DNA of 46,227 nt, taken from the NCBI GenBank assembly GCA_046757165.1, contig JBHHXT010000019.1, positions 1-46,227 on the forward strand, read 5' to 3'. Position 1 is the stretch's first letter. Each line of letters begins with the position of its first letter. The notes below the pieces were generated by a model. That model was not told the origin of the DNA. It worked only from the letters and a program-made list of their open reading frames with translations, and did no database searches. Below are positions 42,978 through 46,227 of the stretch, in pieces. Origin of the DNA: a bacterium. Lineage in GTDB: Bacteria > Zhuqueibacterota > Zhuqueibacteria > Oceanimicrobiales > Oceanimicrobiaceae. The position numbers and the translations under genes are program-made.

Positions 42978-45900
42978 ATGCCAACTACTGTTCAACACTT
43001 AGTCGAAAAGGGGACAAACTCAATTGTCGTCATACTGGTTGTTCTGTTGGCTGCAAGCGGGCTTTATGCCCAGGGGGTCACAACCGCTGGCATGAGCGGT
43101 ATCGTCAGCGATGATAAGGGCGAGGCTTTGCCGGGTGCAAACGTGATGGCGATTCATGAGCCCAGCGGGACTCAGTATGGAACAGCCGTGAGAAGCGGAG
43201 GCGCGTTCACCATCCCGAACATGCGCATTGGCGGTCCTTATTCTGTGTCTGTTTCCTTCATTGGCTTCAAGACGCAGAAAGAGGAAAACGTCTACCTCAG
43301 CCTGGGCCAGACCTTACGTCTCAATTTCACCCTTTCGCAGGAAGCGATCGCCATGGAGGCGATTCAAGTCACGGCCGAGCTGGATGAAGTTCTCAATGCC
43401 GACAGAACCGGTGCGGCCACTTACATCAACTCACAGCAGGTGGCGCAGCTCCCGTCGGTGAAACGCAGTACGCGAGACCTGATCCGACTGGACCCGCGCA
43501 GTGACGGAAACTACAGTTTCGGCGGCAGAAACTGGCTCTTCAATAATATCTCCGTGGACGGCTCCTACTTCAACAACCCGTTTGGCCTGGATGACCCGGC
43601 GCCCGGCGGTCAAACCAGCGCCGAGCCCGTTCCCTATGATGCCGTTGAGCAGGTGCAAGTATCCATCGCACCCTTTGATGTACGGCAGGGTGGGTTTACC
43701 GGCGCCAATGTCAATACCGTGACCAAGAGCGGAACAAACGAATTCAGGGCCTCCGCGTACAGTTTTGTCCGCAACGAAGACCTCCTGGGTAACGACGTCA
43801 GGGGCACAGAAGTCATTGCGAATCCGGACCTGACGTTCAACCAGTCGGGATTCACCTTGAGCGGCCCGCTCATCCGAAACAAGCTGTTTTTCTTCGTCAA
43901 TGGGGAGGTCGAACGGCGAGACGATCCGGGGACGAACTTCGTGGCCAACCGCGGTGGCGAGGTCGAATTCGGAGAATCGCGCGTTGATGCAGAGACCATG
44001 AATGCGATCAGGCAACGAATGAGAGACGTGTTTAATTATGATCCGGGCCCCTTCGAGGGCTTTGTTCACGAAACCAACAACGACAAGCTGCTGCTCAAGC
44101 TGGATTGGAACATCAATGACAACCACAACCTCACATTCCGGTACAACTTTCTCGATGCCCGGCGCGACCTGCCGCCACATCCGTTTGTGCTCAGCTTCAA
44201 CAACACAGGCCGCGGACCGAACGAGAGCAGCATGCCATTCAAGAACTCCGGCTACAGAATCAACAATGAGCTGAATTCTTTTGCGCTCGAAGTCAACAGC
44301 CGGGGCGGTAAATGGGCCAACCGGTTCTTTGCCAGCTACAACCGGTTTCGAGATTTCCGCGAGCCGTTCAGCGAAGACTTCCCAACCGTTGAAATTGGTG
44401 AAAATGGCCTGACGTTTACCACCGTGGGCCATGAGCCGTTCTCCATCCACAACATCCTGGACCAGGATGTGTGGCAATTCACCAATAATTTCAGCCTCTT
44501 TTCCGGAAAGCATGTCTTCACCTTCGGAACCAACTTCGAGGTGTTTGGTTTCTTCAATTCATTTAACATCTTCAGGCATGGCGTCTTCTTCCTGCCGGAA
44601 GAAACCGGCATCGGCTCGACGTTCGAGTCCGTCGAGGAGTTCTTCCGCAAAACCGATCCGAACAGTCCGGATTTCGTCGACCTGCGCGCGCTGATCACGC
44701 CGAGCTCCGCGCCCTTCAAGGGCGAGAACATCGACGTGGGACAGCTGGCGCTCTACGTCCAGGATGAATATCTGGTGTCGCAGAATTTCAACCTGATCTA
44801 CGGCGTGCGGGTCGATTTTCCGCTCTATTTTACCGATCCCGTGGACAACCCGTTTTCCCGCTCGCTGACCGCGCTGGACGAAGATGACAATCCGGAAACC
44901 GTGGATCAGAGCGATCTGCCGGGCGCGACCCCGTTGTTCTCTCCGCGCATCGGCTTTAACTGGGATGTCAACGGCGACCGCTCGACGCAAGTGCGTGGCG
45001 GCACGGGCATCTTCACCGGACGGGTGCCGTTTGTCTGGATCGGCAACGTGATTTCGAACCCGGGCGCCAACCCCAACCTGTTCTCACCTTTCGGCCCTGA
45101 CGTCGAATTGATACACACCTCCGATGATGCGGTGCTGCAGCAGTCATTCGACCTGAACGCGATGGAGACCGATTTCAAATGGCCACAGGTCTGGAACACG
45201 AACATCGCCATCGACCAAAAACTACCCTGGAATATGCTGGGAACGTTTGAATTCCTCTATGGCAAAGACATCAACGCGGTTTTCATGCGCAATGCCGACC
45301 TGGTGAAACCCGTGCGCAATCTCCCGGGACCGGATGGCAGGCCCTTCTACGGTGGCTTCGGCAGCAATGAGCTGAACCCGGATGGCGGCGCCGGCATCTA
45401 TGTGATCGACAACACCAGCTCCGGATACAACGTCAATGTCACGGCTCAACTGCGTAAAACCTTCGATTTCGGCCTCAATGCCAGCCTGTCGTACAGCTTC
45501 AATGAGGCCAAGAACAAGCTGAAGTCGACGGAAATCGCCAGCGTTCTGTGGCAAAACCAGCCGGTGAAAGGGGACCCGAACAACCCGGCCCTGAGCTTCT
45601 CCGAATTCGGTCACAGACACCGTATTGTTGGCGGCGGGACGTACAGCAAACGCTGGTCAGAGAGTCTTGCCACGCATTTCGGCTTGTTCTTCGAAGCTGC
45701 CGAGGGAAACAGATTTGCCGGAGCCGGTGGCAACCGCTATTCGTTCATCTATTCCGGTGATGTCAACGGCGATGGCCAGGCGGGCAATGACTTGATCTAC
45801 ATTCCAAGAGATCAGAACGAGATCCTCCTGGAGGACTTCGTCGACGCCGGCGGCAACACCGTCACCGCGGCTGATCAGTGGCGAAGACTGGACGCCTTTA

Positions 45901-46227
45901 TCAGACAGGATGATTATCTCAGCTCCCATCGCGGCGAGATCGCCGAGAGATTCGGCGCAACAAATCCCTGGTTCAGCAGCATTGATTTGAGAATCCTGCA
46001 GGACTTCTCACTCAGAGCGGGCACGAAAAGACACACCTTCCAGGTCAACCTGGACATTCTCAATGTCGCCAATCTGCTCAACTCTGACTGGGGGGTCCGG
46101 AAAGTCGCCAGTGCTGCCGCAACCTCACCCTTGCGCTTGACGAGATTCAACGACCAGGGGGCTCCTGTCTTCAACTTCACAGGACCGGACAAGACATTTG
46201 TTGATGATCCCGGTCTGCTCTCGCGCT
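42978..46227 (+). CDS. Oar-like TonB-dependent receptor with N-terminal carboxypeptidase-regulatory-like domain; 3' end outside the window
   Basis: Absent from the ORF track. AGGAGGAG RBS; MPTTVQ...LYAQGVTTAGMSGIVSDDKGEALPGANV; plug PFDVRQGGFTGANVNTVTKSGTN; FSPRIGFNWD; same frame at the window end (...VDDPGLLSR). Confidence 0.92.
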   Translation, partial: MPTTVQHLVEKGTNSIVVILVVLLAASGLYAQGVTTAGMSGIVSDDKGEALPGANVMAIHEPSGTQYGTAVRSGGAFTIPNMRIGGPYSVSVSFIGFKTQKEENVYLSLGQTLRLNFTLSQEAIAMEAIQVTAELDEVLNADRTGAATYINSQQVAQLPSVKRSTRDLIRLDPRSDGNYSFGGRNWLFNNISVDGSYFNNPFGLDDPAPGGQTSAEPVPYDAVEQVQVSIAPFDVRQGGFTGANVNTVTKSGTNEFRASAYSFVRNEDLLGNDVRGTEVIANPDLTFNQSGFTLSGPLIRNKLFFFVNGEVERRDDPGTNFVANRGGEVEFGESRVDAETMNAIRQRMRDVFNYDPGPFEGFVHETNNDKLLLKLDWNINDNHNLTFRYNFLDARRDLPPHPFVLSFNNTGRGPNESSMPFKNSGYRINNELNSFALEVNSRGGKWANRFFASYNRFRDFREPFSEDFPTVEIGENGLTFTTVGHEPFSIHNILDQDVWQFTNNFSLFSGKHVFTFGTNFEVFGFFNSFNIFRHGVFFLPEETGIGSTFESVEEFFRKTDPNSPDFVDLRALITPSSAPFKGENIDVGQLALYVQDEYLVSQNFNLIYGVRVDFPLYFTDPVDNPFSRSLTALDEDDNPETVDQSDLPGATPLFSPRIGFNWDVNGDRSTQVRGGTGIFTGRVPFVWIGNVISNPGANPNLFSPFGPDVELIHTSDDAVLQQSFDLNAMETDFKWPQVWNTNIAIDQKLPWNMLGTFEFLYGKDINAVFMRNADLVKPVRNLPGPDGRPFYGGFGSNELNPDGGAGIYVIDNTSSGYNVNVTAQLRKTFDFGLNASLSYSFNEAKNKLKSTEIASVLWQNQPVKGDPNNPALSFSEFGHRHRIVGGGTYSKRWSESLATHFGLFFEAAEGNRFAGAGGNRYSFIYSGDVNGDGQAGNDLIYIPRDQNEILLEDFVDAGGNTVTAADQWRRLDAFIRQDDYLSSHRGEIAERFGATNPWFSSIDLRILQDFSLRAGTKRHTFQVNLDILNVANLLNSDWGVRKVASAAATSPLRLTRFNDQGAPVFNFTGPDKTFVDDPGLLSR

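Noticed and set aside
43431..46192. Several minus-strand ORFs in the track
   Set aside because: Antisense to the TonB-dependent receptor, which the track missed because it has no stop codon in the window.

Overview
Bacterial genomic DNA of moderate to high GC. Three proteins end in the 'L.QNYPNPFNP.T.I.F' T9SS type-A/FlgD-Ig-like sorting domain and one is an Oar-type TonB-dependent receptor, so I infer an FCB-group organism (KSB1/Calditrichota/Ignavibacteria-like). Left to right: (i) the end of an outer-membrane beta-barrel gene, a REP-rich spacer and a broken TonB-receptor gene; (ii) a minus-strand candidate exopolysaccharide operon: TackOD1 Zn-ribbon/degenerate-GGDEF protein keeping RxxD, processive GT2, TolC-like protein fused to a GH18-like barrel, HlyD-like adaptor, then a beta-propeller lipoprotein; (iii) an AT-richer patch with a GT1 remnant and a YbjN-like gene, then a quinone oxidoreductase and a fatty-acid hydroxylase; (iv) a ~20 kb co-oriented respiratory/electron-transfer cluster (13268-33156): pseudo-receiver, triple-DOMON CX3CH protein with a secretion tail, Qrc/ACIII-like module, two tetraheme cytochromes, cNMP-binding protein, porin-cytochrome triad (7-heme lipoprotein, porin, 14-heme cytochrome) and an A1-type heme-copper oxidase whose K-channel residues all appear substituted; (v) secreted DUF5666-repeat and Kelch proteins, a lipoprotein, an NtrC-type regulator and a TonB-dependent receptor running off the right end. 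No rRNA, tRNA, CRISPR array or transposase was seen. All family calls come from motif recognition by eye, not database searches.
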